From positions 1-34,145 of the IMG/VR virus record IMGVR_UViG_3300027653_000313: DNA of 34,145 bases. One strand, written 5' to 3'. Every line of letters begins with the position of its first letter. Position 1 is the stretch's first letter. Source of the DNA: a virus (taxonomy: Duplodnaviria; Caudoviricetes). A model generated the notes under the pieces. The model saw only the letters and a list, made by a program, of their open reading frames with translations. It did not search any database and was not told the origin of the DNA. Positions 25,888 through 34,145 of this stretch are shown here, piece by piece. The position numbers and the translations under genes were made by a program.

Positions 25888-26204
25888 GGGCTGCCCACCT
25901 TACTCCTACAAGCAGCGCATACCTTTGTGCTTCTAGTTGACCAGTAGTGCTTTCCGCAATATAAACATGTGCTCACAAACTCATTATTTTCCGGATCACC
26001 ATCAATCACTCTATTCAAATACCAGGCAGCCTTTTTCAAATCATCCGTACCACCTTTGTTTTCGTGACGGAATATATACTTAATGACATTCCCAAGATTA
26101 AAAGCCTTCTTACCTTCCATGCCTTCTGTGAGTTGTTCAATTATCTCAATCACTTCGACATTCCCAGTATTGTAATGACCAGGAGAGTTAATGTTGTCAG
26201 TCAT
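25884..26204 (-). CDS. DUF3310-family protein with a C-terminal Zn finger
   Basis: DNINSPGHY...EVIEII...GNVIKY..R...KGG.DDLKKA.WYL; CLYCG...CAAC. Confidence 0.85.
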   Translation of the reverse strand: MTDNINSPGHYNTGNVEVIEIIEQLTEGMEGKKAFNLGNVIKYIFRHENKGGTDDLKKAAWYLNRVIDGDPENNEFVSTCLYCGKHYWSTRSTKVCAACRSKVGSP

Positions 26205-26218
26205 TATGACACCTTCCT

Positions 26219-26335
26219 TCACCAATTTTTAAACATGCTATAGTAAATATCGTTCCAATAACTAGACAACCTCGGATTAAAATTATTGCTCGTGATGCCT
26301 TTGCGGTATTTACTGATTGTGAATTTTATTTTCAT
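26219..26335 (-). CDS. Hypothetical protein, 38 aa
   Basis: ATGA-coupled ORF MKIKFTISKYRKGITSNNFNPRLSSYWNDIYYSMFKNW. Confidence 0.4.
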   Translation of the reverse strand: MKIKFTISKYRKGITSNNFNPRLSSYWNDIYYSMFKNW

Positions 26336-26589
26336 GTTGCAACTCGCTTCCCGAATAGATTATATTTTTGTATTCGTTTGTGTACTGTTGTTTCCGGTAT
26401 CTCCATTTCAATGCTAATTTCAAATACAGATTTACCTTGTCCCCACAATTTGATTAATTGGGGAAGCATATCATCTTGCCATTTTCTTATTTGTAATTCG
26501 GATGCTGCTTCGTATTTGTAATCGAGTGAGCAGTTTTCGTGTAATGCTATTTGTAGTAATTGCTTTCTGCTGGCATCTTCAAAGTACAT
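26332..26589 (-). CDS. HTH-containing phage protein
   Basis: LWGQGKSVFEISIEMEIPETTVHKRI. Confidence 0.65.
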   Translation of the reverse strand: MYFEDASRKQLLQIALHENCSLDYKYEAASELQIRKWQDDMLPQLIKLWGQGKSVFEISIEMEIPETTVHKRIQKYNLFGKRVAT

Positions 26590-26935
26590 GTATTTTGACC
26601 TCTACTCTTGGATTTTCCTTATCAACTTCAAATTTATGTTTAATGCTTTTAATCTGTCGCCAGCCGTCATTTTCCAAAACGCCTGCTTTTACAAGGCCAT
26701 CTAAAATAAATTTAATTCCACCGCCCGAAACATTATCCGGATCTTTTCTTCTGTCCTTGCAGTACCATGTAATTTCAAAGTCTGCTCGTTCTATCTTTGG
26801 TAGATTACCAGCGCTTATTTGTACAAGCGCCGTATAATCTTTTTTCATGTTTGAATATGCCATGTAATGTGATTTACTCTTTTTTACTATTGTGTTCATG
26901 TCCGGGAGTTCCCCGGGAATTGTGAATTTTAAAAT
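26579..26935 (-). CDS. RusA-like Holliday junction resolvase
   Basis: RRKDPDN...KFILDGLVKAGVLENDG motif; the frame extends upstream as ILKFTIPGELPD to an ATT at 26935. Confidence 0.85.
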   Translation of the reverse strand: MLKFTIPGELPDMNTIVKKSKSHYMAYSNMKKDYTALVQISAGNLPKIERADFEITWYCKDRRKDPDNVSGGGIKFILDGLVKAGVLENDGWRQIKSIKHKFEVDKENPRVEVKIHVL

Positions 26936-27330
26936 GGCAGATCATCTCCTAAGTCAACAGGTTCGCCTTGTCCCCTAAATGTATCTGCGCTGTTTGATTG
27001 ATTGCTAGATTCATTATTCGATTGCTTGTCATCAAGGAACACAATCTGATTAGCTATCACAACGTGCCTGCTTCTTTTCTGTCCTTCTTTGTTTTCCCAT
27101 CGTTCCTGCTGCAACTTACCAACAATAGCTACCTTGCTGCCTTTACTTGTATACTGATGCGTGTTTAATGCTGTTCGTTTAAATGCCTTCACATCCACAA
27201 AGTCCGTATGATCTTTGTTAAACGGATCAGACACCGCTATTGATGCGTTCAATATTTCTGTTCCGTTATTTGCTTGAATGATTTCGGGATCACTTGTCCA
27301 CCGACCGATTAGATTAATATTATTTAACAT
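26929..27330 (-). CDS. ssb: Single-stranded DNA-binding protein
   Basis: N.INLIGR...DPE, KGSKVAIVGKLQ and acidic DDLPF tail. Confidence 0.95.
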   Translation of the reverse strand: MLNNINLIGRWTSDPEIIQANNGTEILNASIAVSDPFNKDHTDFVDVKAFKRTALNTHQYTSKGSKVAIVGKLQQERWENKEGQKRSRHVVIANQIVFLDDKQSNNESSNQSNSADTFRGQGEPVDLGDDLPF

Positions 27331-27518
27331 TTGAATTCCTCCATTACGTAATATTTTCTTTCGTCTTTTCTACCTGACGCGTAAGCAAGATCATGTATTC
27401 TTTTCAAAAACCTATTTAAAGACAAAACGTCCAACTCTTCTGTTACGTATTTTCGCAAAACTACTTCTTTCCAAAATTTCGCTTCATGCTCGTATTCATT
27501 CATCATCAACCCCTCCAA
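27324..27518 (-). CDS. Hypothetical phage protein
   Basis: Coupled ORF; start probably at MMNEYE. Confidence 0.6.
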   Translation of the reverse strand: MEGLMMNEYEHEAKFWKEVVLRKYVTEELDVLSLNRFLKRIHDLAYASGRKDERKYYVMEEFKC

Positions 27519-29512
27519 TTAGTCATTAATTTATGTTCAGCTTCAAACCGTGTTTTAATATTTCCTAAGCTTCCCCAACGATTTTTTAATATTTGAATGA
27601 AATACTCATGTTTAATTTGTTCTCTTTCTGCTTCCGATAGTGTTGATGAAACAGCAGGCCAGTACACCCCATAAACATAATCTCCTGTTTCCTCAATCGC
27701 TCCTGTGTCTCTAGCTGATTGCAAGTTTAATGGAGTACTTCCGTCAGTTCCTCCATCCCTGTTCGTTTGCGTTAATACAAACACGACACAATTTAACTTT
27801 TTAGCAATCTCTTTCATTTTTCTTGCGGTATTTGATTTAACGGCATAATCATCATTTCCGGTCATTTTTATATATCCAAAGTAATCAATAACCATAAGTG
27901 ATAAAGGTTTATCAAATTCGGATTCGTTTGCCATTACTGCGAAATTCTCGATATCTTCTACCGTTTGACCTGGCTTATCAACGATTCTTAATCGTCTGTC
28001 CATGTGTCTTAAAAAAGCTTCGTCACTATCGTCAAATTCATCTGATTTAACTTTGTTAGCAATGACACCTTGATCAGTTCTTTGGTGTATTTGTAGCAAC
28101 TGCGGAACAATGTTTTCTCCCTTTAACTCTAATGAGTTGAATATCACATTTTGATTTTGTCTAACAATAGAGTTATAGATTAAATTTAACGCTAATGTCG
28201 TTTTACCTGATCCACTTCGCCCCATTAGAAAGGCCACTTCACCCGGCTTCATTCCGTTAACCTTTGAATCAATATTGTTCAAATTGAAGTACACCCTGCC
28301 CTTTGAACCTTCTAATAATGCCGCTTTATAATCTGATAAGGACTGACTGAATGTTTTCATGTCTGCTTCATAATCAACCGTTTCAGATTTAGCCTTCATC
28401 AATTCATACACAATGTTTTTTGGCTTATCCCATCTACTAGCTAGGTATTCAGCCATTTCTGCTCTAATCATTTCGTTTTTTGTAAATCGAACAAATTCCC
28501 TGGCTGCTTCGTATTCATCCGTTTGTTCCAAGCATTTATCTAACTCTTGACGTAACAAAAACATTTCGTGATGTTCAGATGTAATAAAATCATTTTCTAT
28601 TGATATGCCTAGTTTTAATACATCGTTTGTATCCTTTATTCCATCCGGTAAATGATAAACCCCTATCGGATTCCTTAACTTACGTTTTATCAACTTGATA
28701 TTTCTACTCACATTTTTTAATCCCGTTTTGTCGTTATCGGGAATTAGGAATATTTTCGTGTATCGGTTAATATACTTTGATAAAAGGGTTACTTGACCCT
28801 CTGTTATTGATGATCCACAATAAGCAACTGTTTCCTTGTATCCCATTTGATCCATGGCTATCATGTCAAAGTATCCTTCAACGATATAAACCTTGTCATT
28901 AATGTGTCTCCGCGCTTTATCAAGACCGTATAAAAGTTCAGATTTCTTGAAAACTTCATCCTCTGCACTATTCACATACTTTGGTTTATCTTCATCCAGA
29001 TTACGAAATGTTTTACCTACTACATTCCCGTAAGTATCAAGGTATGGAATAACAACAGCATTGTGTGGTATACTGAAACCAATACCAAATTTTTTTATAG
29101 TTTCTTGTTTGAATCCTCTATCTAGTAAAAAGGATTCTCCTTTTTTTATATTTTTGTAATATTGTAATGCTTCGGAACGGTTTCTTTTTACCGTTTCTTT
29201 TTTTCTTTGTATTGTCTCCTTGTCGAAACCTTGAATAGTTATATTGTATTTATCAGCAATATATTCAACAGCTTCGTATGGTTCCTTGATATTTTCTCGA
29301 TACATGATGTAATCAATTACTGTACCGTTCCTACTACAACCAAAACAGTGGAATGTTTGCTTTTGTGGCCACACTGTAAATGATGGAGTTCTTTCACTGT
29401 GGAACGGGCATTGAGCCTTGTAAACCTTCCCATTACGCTTTAGGTCTAAGTCATCTGTTACAACATCAAGCAGCTTAACTCTATCTTTGATGATCTCGTA
29501 ATTGTTGTTCAA
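27506..29512 (-). CDS. Primase-helicase fusion (zf-CHC2 + TOPRIM + DnaB-like helicase)
   Basis: CPFHSERTPSF...HCFGC; IVEGYFD; PDNDKTG; KDTND; Walker A GRSGSGKT; VIDYF; LTQTNR; KNRWG. Likely start TTG 29512. Confidence 0.92.
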   Translation of the reverse strand: MNNNYEIIKDRVKLLDVVTDDLDLKRNGKVYKAQCPFHSERTPSFTVWPQKQTFHCFGCSRNGTVIDYIMYRENIKEPYEAVEYIADKYNITIQGFDKETIQRKKETVKRNRSEALQYYKNIKKGESFLLDRGFKQETIKKFGIGFSIPHNAVVIPYLDTYGNVVGKTFRNLDEDKPKYVNSAEDEVFKKSELLYGLDKARRHINDKVYIVEGYFDMIAMDQMGYKETVAYCGSSITEGQVTLLSKYINRYTKIFLIPDNDKTGLKNVSRNIKLIKRKLRNPIGVYHLPDGIKDTNDVLKLGISIENDFITSEHHEMFLLRQELDKCLEQTDEYEAAREFVRFTKNEMIRAEMAEYLASRWDKPKNIVYELMKAKSETVDYEADMKTFSQSLSDYKAALLEGSKGRVYFNLNNIDSKVNGMKPGEVAFLMGRSGSGKTTLALNLIYNSIVRQNQNVIFNSLELKGENIVPQLLQIHQRTDQGVIANKVKSDEFDDSDEAFLRHMDRRLRIVDKPGQTVEDIENFAVMANESEFDKPLSLMVIDYFGYIKMTGNDDYAVKSNTARKMKEIAKKLNCVVFVLTQTNRDGGTDGSTPLNLQSARDTGAIEETGDYVYGVYWPAVSSTLSEAEREQIKHEYFIQILKNRWGSLGNIKTRFEAEHKLMTNWRG

Positions 29513-30413
29513 CTTGATCCAACTCCTTACGTGTAGCTTCACGATCAAACTCTTGTCCACTCATTTCATAGTAATCATCATCAAGGTTTAATGATCCTTC
29601 TAAGTGGTCCCGTTTTACAATCAATTCATCAACTAATGATTTAGCATTCTCTTGTTTTTCATCAGATAATTCAAAGTCATACTCGTCTAAGAATGAATCG
29701 TTATTTAAGAATGTAGAACCATTTTTTATAAAGCGTTTTTCCGTTCCATATTTTTTAATCTGTTTAGCGTACCTTTTAGCACCCTCGATCATTACTTCTA
29801 ACGAATGTTTTTTTCTTTTGCTTTTAAACGATTTGTACGATTTACCCTTATCAGCTTTCTTCGGATAAACACTCCAAAATTCTTCAAACTCTGCAGAGTA
29901 CTTATCTTCTTTCTGTTTAGTTTTGTTTAGTTTACTTTGTGTACTTTTGCCGTCATCCTGTTCACTAGGTGTACCCTTGTTGTATTCATCATGTTTACTT
30001 GTTGACGGGTTAATGTCGTCAGTAACTTTTGAAATGCCGTCAATGAGTAAGTATTCCTCCGTCACTTCTACCTCTTTCCTTCTTCTAACAATCTCTTTGT
30101 ATCGTTTCTGTATACCTGTTGACGTAAGAATGTTGTAGGAGTCATATAACTCTTTGCTAAATACATCTCTTTTCAAGCATTCATTTACAACATTTTGAAC
30201 AAGGTCAAAATCCGCTTTAACTTCATCGGAAAATAAAAGTTGTTCGTCTTCTGTCCACATGCACCAATAACCCTGCGAGTAAATTCTTTGCATTAATTTT
30301 ATTAATATTGCGAACCCTTCTAGCTTGTACTTTATTTCAATAAACTTGAATTTATCATCCAAATGTACATCTAATGGGAAATAGTCCACTCCTTGCTTTG
30401 TCGGTCTTGCCAT
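29481..30413 (-). CDS. Phage replication initiator (DUF4373/Lin1244-like)
   Basis: MARP.K.GVDYFPLD, LTS.GIQKRY and FEEFWSVYPKK...FIKNGSTFLN motifs. Confidence 0.85.
   Translation of the reverse strand: MARPTKQGVDYFPLDVHLDDKFKFIEIKYKLEGFAILIKLMQRIYSQGYWCMWTEDEQLLFSDEVKADFDLVQNVVNECLKRDVFSKELYDSYNILTSTGIQKRYKEIVRRRKEVEVTEEYLLIDGISKVTDDINPSTSKHDEYNKGTPSEQDDGKSTQSKLNKTKQKEDKYSAEFEEFWSVYPKKADKGKSYKSFKSKRKKHSLEVMIEGAKRYAKQIKKYGTEKRFIKNGSTFLNNDSFLDEYDFELSDEKQENAKSLVDELIVKRDHLEGSLNLDDDYYEMSGQEFDREATRKELDQVEQQLRDHQR
29900..30064. repeat. Putative origin iterons inside the initiator gene
   Basis: tgccgtca (29948, 30035), tgtcgtca (30014), ctccgtca (30057) and inverted tgacgg (30003), next to an A/T-skewed tract. 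Confidence 0.45.
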
Positions 30414-30611
30414 TTACCTCCCCACCTTCTTAATAACTTCTTGAACAGCTTCATCTATGATTTGGTTCTTATTTGGGTCGCCGCTATTTCTCCATGCTAC
30501 CAATGTAGGTTTAGTGATATTCAATACATCAGCAACGTCATTCCATTGAACTTTGTGCTTGAGCATTGGGACAGTTTTAGTCTTTCTAGTTTCCATATGT
30601 TCACCTCCCAA
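30414..30611 (-). CDS. Small Cro-like HTH protein
   Basis: VQWNDVADVLNITKPTLVAW. Confidence 0.7.
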   Translation of the reverse strand: MGGEHMETRKTKTVPMLKHKVQWNDVADVLNITKPTLVAWRNSGDPNKNQIIDEAVQEVIKKVGR

Positions 30612-30624
30612 GGTCTTTCATTAA

Positions 30625-30720
30625 TTTAATTATAACATACTTATGTATGTTTTGTATATACCTTTGTATATAAATCTTTACTTTTATTTTATTTTTTATG
30701 CATAAACCCCTATAATAATG
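30625..30720. promoter_or_regulatory. Divergent promoters/operators
   Basis: Minus-strand TGtTATAAT near 30629-30637 and plus-strand TATAAT at 30711; palindrome aacatac-ttat-gtatgtt (30634-30651); direct repeat tttgtatata x2. Confidence 0.55.
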
Positions 30721-30748
30721 GATACACTGTATAGAAAGGATGGTGCTT

Positions 30749-30961
30749 ATGCTAGTTAAAAATAACTTACGCATATATATGGCTAAAGAAAAAATGACTA
30801 TTCGAGATGTCCATAAGGAAACTGGATTGAGTGAAGTAACGATTTCCAGGCTTTTTCACGAAAAGTCGAACACGATTGGTTTTCAAACGATTTTAAAGCT
30901 ATGCAGCTTATTCAACTGCGAACCTGGCGACTTGCTTTACATTGACAAGGAAGGGGAGTGA
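30749..30961 (+). CDS. XRE/Cro-C1 HTH regulator (HTH_26-like)
   Basis: NNLRIYMAKEKMTIRDVHKETGLSEVTISRL...ILKLC.LFNCEPGDLL. Confidence 0.9.
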   Translation: MLVKNNLRIYMAKEKMTIRDVHKETGLSEVTISRLFHEKSNTIGFQTILKLCSLFNCEPGDLLYIDKEGE

Positions 30962-30965
30962 TCCC

Positions 30966-31127
30966 CTATCCTCTTTCGCACACGGCATAATACTTGTGCA
31001 CCTCTATTACCTCGTAGCCGGGATAACTTTTTGACATGTAATAAGTGATGTTCTGTTTTAATTCCGTTTTGTTATTGGCGTTATCCCAACACCAGATAGG
31101 CAGAATAACGCGCGTTGTGTTATGCAT
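30966..31127 (-). CDS. Hypothetical protein, 53 aa
   Basis: Manual translation MHNTTRVILPIWCWDNANNKTELKQNITYYMSKSYPGYEVIEVHKYYAVCERG. Confidence 0.6.
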   Translation of the reverse strand: MHNTTRVILPIWCWDNANNKTELKQNITYYMSKSYPGYEVIEVHKYYAVCERG

Positions 31128-31485
31128 TTCTTTCTCGCATTATCTTTAGTAATTCAAAGCACTGTTCCTCGTTAAACCTTCCAATGTGGGCTTCGTACTT
31201 AGATAAATTCATTTGTTCCTGTAGCCATTTATAAGCGTTCCTTCTCGCTTGGTTTTTCTTCCGTTTTCTATTCTTCCACATCGGATCAAATGCGCCGTGC
31301 GCCGCCATTCTCAACGCCCTTAACTTTTTATTCGCCATTGTTCCAAGTGCTTTTTTACCCTTTCCGTGCGTACCTACCCTGGCATCACATGGATAACAGA
31401 CATATAAATTTGTTTTATAATCTTTTCCGTAAAATTCCCAACTCGACATAAATTTCGCTTTCGTATTGCAATAAGGGCAAATCAT
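31120..31485 (-). CDS. DUF3268-like zinc-finger protein
   Basis: CPYC...YVCYPCDARVGTH...LR.LR..AH..FD.MW...HIG.F. Confidence 0.85.
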   Translation of the reverse strand: MICPYCNTKAKFMSSWEFYGKDYKTNLYVCYPCDARVGTHGKGKKALGTMANKKLRALRMAAHGAFDPMWKNRKRKKNQARRNAYKWLQEQMNLSKYEAHIGRFNEEQCFELLKIMRERNA

Positions 31486-31496
31486 ATAAAAACCTC

Positions 31497-31913
31497 CTAA
31501 TTTTGCTTATCATTTATAGTTGCTAACTCATGTTCTAGCTTGTTCCGCTTCTGCCTGTAATCTATCAGCCTATGATTCAAAGAATCGTACATCAGCTTAT
31601 ATTTTTGGTGCATAGATGATGCTTCTGCTTCTGATTGCCTGTGTTCCTTTATTGCTAGTTCAGCAGTCGATTCTTTAACGGCAACCGTGCCTGTTTCGCC
31701 TAATAAGATTTCGGCATATATGCGCTTGCGTTCTGCATAGGATGTGTCTTTGACGTACAGCGCTTCACTTACAAGGTCGCCTACAATGAAAAGTGCTTCA
31801 TTATGTAGGCTGACCGATTCATATAAATGTGAGAGTTCGTTGTGATCAAGCTGCTTAATTTTGTGAAATATCTCGGTTAATTGATTTACACGTTTATCTA
31901 TTTTGTTGTTCAT
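31497..31913 (-). CDS. Hypothetical helical phage protein
   Basis: 138-aa coupled ORF with coiled-coil character. Confidence 0.65.
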   Translation of the reverse strand: MNNKIDKRVNQLTEIFHKIKQLDHNELSHLYESVSLHNEALFIVGDLVSEALYVKDTSYAERKRIYAEILLGETGTVAVKESTAELAIKEHRQSEAEASSMHQKYKLMYDSLNHRLIDYRQKRNKLEHELATINDKQN

Positions 31914-32232
31914 AATATCGCTTCAACTCTTTTCGCTTTTCCGTACGCCACTCTTTGCCTTCTTTTGTGTAATCAGCCCAATTATGGCAAGTTCCTGTAT
32001 TGACGGACGGGCCACAAAGCAAAGCTAAATTACTAGGGTCACTCCCGCTCCCTCCTTGTGCAGCACCTTTTAAATGTGCCACTTCAAAGGCGTAGGCGCT
32101 TGTCCGTCCGCACCGCTCACATTTACATTCAGACCTTCGCAAAACCTCGTCACGGGCTTTCTGTGTGATTCTGGTTACATCCTTACGTTTGGGAGACTTT
32201 CTTTTGTGATTAATCTTTTTCGGAAACATCAT
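31894..32232 (-). CDS. HNH-family nuclease
   Basis: V..RS...CERCG...AHL....QGG.G...NL.LLC....CH. Confidence 0.8.
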   Translation of the reverse strand: MMFPKKINHKRKSPKRKDVTRITQKARDEVLRRSECKCERCGRTSAYAFEVAHLKGAAQGGSGSDPSNLALLCGPSVNTGTCHNWADYTKEGKEWRTEKRKELKRYYEQQNR

Positions 32233-32810
32233 TTGTTCTTATTTTCCTGTAATTTCTTTGTTAACAACTCGTCCATTTGTTGGTTAGAAATACCGGCGCT
32301 TAATTGCTTGGCGTACCACTCATTAAATTGTTCTTCAGTGCCGCCGCCTGTCTTGAACTTTCCTAGAATGATAGCTTTTGATGGTTCTTTCTGTTGTTTA
32401 GGCTGTTTTGTTTGCGTATATTGGTATTCGCTTGTATCTGCATCTTTTGTATCATCAATGAGATACAAGCCATTTAAAGCATATTTTCTAGCGTAAGATG
32501 AAGCTGTTCCGGTAACTTGTGAATGATCCATACCTTTTTTATTTTCTGATTCTCTTGCGTATGCAGTTACAGTGTGCGTATTTTCTCCATCAGTTATATT
32601 TGCTGTAGCTTTGATATAGTGCCAATCTCCGATTAATATAGGCTCATCAGTTACTGTGAGTAATAACCCTTGATCAGCATTTAAAGGCTTCACTGCTTCT
32701 AAAATGTCCTCTGCTGACCTATAATAAAAACTACTAAACTTATTCCATTGACCTTTCGGGGCCTTCAATGTCTTTTGAATGGTAATTAACTTTTCTGTTA
32801 AACTACTCAT
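32229..32810 (-). CDS. ERF-family single-strand annealing recombinase
   Basis: LKAPKGQWNKF..YYRSAEDILEAVKP and QVTGTASSYARKYALNGL.LIDD.KDAD motifs. Confidence 0.93.
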   Translation of the reverse strand: MSSLTEKLITIQKTLKAPKGQWNKFSSFYYRSAEDILEAVKPLNADQGLLLTVTDEPILIGDWHYIKATANITDGENTHTVTAYARESENKKGMDHSQVTGTASSYARKYALNGLYLIDDTKDADTSEYQYTQTKQPKQQKEPSKAIILGKFKTGGGTEEQFNEWYAKQLSAGISNQQMDELLTKKLQENKNK

Positions 32811-33354
32811 CTACAGTCACTCCAAACTTGTCCTCACGCTCTTCAACTGTGATTCCTTCAACAATCTCACCAGTATCGGGATTGACCACCTTATCCCCTG
32901 CAACGCTAAAGGCTTTCTTTATATCTGCTTTTTTTGGCGACTCTTTAACCTGTATAAAATCATCTAATTTCGCTTGCTTTAAAGCTTGTACAACAGCTTC
33001 ATCATCATAATTCCATTTAGGTTGTTGCTTACGGAATGATAGTTTTCCGTTTGGTAGTTTAAGAGTTTTAAACTTCGGATCTTCTTCCTTCTTTTTGAGC
33101 GCATAATATGAAAGCAATCCTTGGAAATAATCAATGCCGTCTTGTGATTTTTGATTTTCTTGTTTGTTCCAAGCTTCGATTTTGTCAATTTCAGCGACAG
33201 CAAGAGCGTTATTATCTTCTATTTGTTTCTGCATCTGACCGATCTTTCTTAAAGCCCAGTTAGCCGCTTGATCATCTTGTATCGTAAATGCTTCGCGTTC
33301 CACTTGCTCTTGTTCATCCAGGTAATTTTGTAAGCTTTGATTTGCATTAGTCAT
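32803..33354 (-). CDS. Mu Gam-like host-nuclease inhibitor
   Basis: ANWALRKI, KTLKLPNGKLSFRKQQP and DTGEIVEG motifs. Confidence 0.88.
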   Translation of the reverse strand: MTNANQSLQNYLDEQEQVEREAFTIQDDQAANWALRKIGQMQKQIEDNNALAVAEIDKIEAWNKQENQKSQDGIDYFQGLLSYYALKKKEEDPKFKTLKLPNGKLSFRKQQPKWNYDDEAVVQALKQAKLDDFIQVKESPKKADIKKAFSVAGDKVVNPDTGEIVEGITVEEREDKFGVTVDE

Positions 33355-33574
33355 TAGTATTCGCCTCCGTTATAAATTCTTCATCTTCCATTTGTTCAAT
33401 CTCTAAATATCCGTCAATCTCGATGTGCATTTCGTTTAGCTCGTTCATGTTTCCATCAGCAATAAGTTTGTAATCCGGGCTGCCGATAAGGACTTTATTC
33501 AACGTGCAGTTATACTCAAAATTTAATTTGTTTTGGTAACACTTCCATGCCAATTTGTTAAATAAATCTTGCAT
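33347..33574 (-). CDS. Hypothetical phage protein
   Basis: 75-aa ORF with RBS GGGGTGA. Confidence 0.65.
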   Translation of the reverse strand: MQDLFNKLAWKCYQNKLNFEYNCTLNKVLIGSPDYKLIADGNMNELNEMHIEIDGYLEIEQMEDEEFITEANTND

Positions 33575-33617
33575 AAGATCACCCCAATTGGTTATAATGA
33601 TAGTAATTAGTTATTTT

Positions 33618-33740
33618 TTATTGATCCGTGTTGATAGCACGGATTTTCACACTTTCAAACCATTCACGTAATTCTTGTGTGCTAAATCCTTGGTTTTTCG
33701 CTTGCTGGATTAACTCTTTCCATTCATGCCATTCAGACAT
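33618..33740 (-). CDS. SinI-like anti-repressor peptide, 40 aa
   Basis: Manual translation MSEWHEWKELIQQAKNQGFSTQELREWFESVKIRAINTDQ fits the SinI pattern EW..L...AK..G.S.EE.R.FL; RBS AGGAGGTGA. Confidence 0.65.
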   Translation of the reverse strand: MSEWHEWKELIQQAKNQGFSTQELREWFESVKIRAINTDQ

Positions 33741-33751
33741 ACGATCACCTC

Positions 33752-33838
33752 CTAAGAATTAATGAGTGCAAAATACAGAAACTCCAACATCCCGATAAAA
33801 GCTGTTATATAAAATCCGTTTATGAAGCGTTCGCTCAT
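33752..33838 (-). CDS. Small hydrophobic peptide, 28 aa
   Basis: MSERFINGFYITAFIGMLEFLYFALINS; RBS GGAGGTG. Confidence 0.45.
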   Translation of the reverse strand: MSERFINGFYITAFIGMLEFLYFALINS

Positions 33839-34145
33839 TTAGGCACCTCCGAATATTTTTGAGAAGTTCTTGTCCAGGAACTCCGCCATCTTATTTGCTT
33901 GGAAACTCCATGTTTGACCTTTTGACTTTGGATAATAGGTACATCCGCCATTCTCTGAATCTAATATTTTCCTAAATCGTGATGGGAATAGGATGTTTTC
34001 TTTTATCCATTCCTGCTTGCGATTGGTGCGCTGTTCTAAATCTTTCATATTCCAAAATTGACCGGATAGTGATTGTTGCTTTAATTCCTGTAATTCGACT
34101 TTTGATATTAGTACTTGGTCAGATGGGACAGGGATTGATAAGTTT
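33839..34145 (-). CDS. DUF771-family phage protein (5' end outside the window)
   Basis: Frame is open to the window edge: ...PSDQVLISKVELQELK...FWNMKDLEQRT...WIKENIL...YYP...W.F.A..M..FL. Confidence 0.8.
   Translation of the reverse strand, partial: NLSIPVPSDQVLISKVELQELKQQSLSGQFWNMKDLEQRTNRKQEWIKENILFPSRFRKILDSENGGCTYYPKSKGQTWSFQANKMAEFLDKNFSKIFGGA

Noticed and set aside
1-34145. CRISPR array, tRNA, IS element, reverse transcriptase/DGR, integrase or att sites
   Set aside because: No repeat-spacer pattern, cloverleaf, transposase, RT or recombinase motif was found by eye; short or degenerate elements could have been missed.

Overview
The window is an internal 34 kb segment of a temperate siphovirus (prophage-like) from a low-GC Firmicutes host, probably Bacillaceae. 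Almost all genes are on the minus strand. Read in transcription order (right to left), it carries: early/recombination genes (DUF771, a SinI-like peptide, Gam, ERF, HNH); a divergent HTH pair; replication genes (DUF4373 initiator, DnaG-type primase-DnaB helicase fusion, SSB, RusA-like resolvase); small accessory genes and a dimeric dUTPase; an RHH/HTH-HNH cassette; an ArpU/RinA-type late activator; a lipoprotein moron; an HK97-type cos packaging and head module (HNH, TerS, TerL, portal, ClpP, capsid); an Ig-domain protein; neck, tail tube, chaperones and tape measure with an SLT domain; Dit; a three-gene adsorption cassette plus a Wzy/O-antigen-ligase-family gene; and a truncated Tal. The integrase, repressor and lysis genes lie outside the window. 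The most unusual observations are: (1) a CCC-UAA +1 frameshift at the capsid end adds only the first two strands of an FN3 domain, whose remainder begins the next gene, in frame across a single hairpin-embedded UAG; (2) a polysaccharide polymerase-like gene sits beside an Asp-box propeller tailspike inside the tail module; (3) a pseudoknot-like leader RNA precedes the lipoprotein moron. All calls come from reading the sequence and recognising motifs; no database searches were run.
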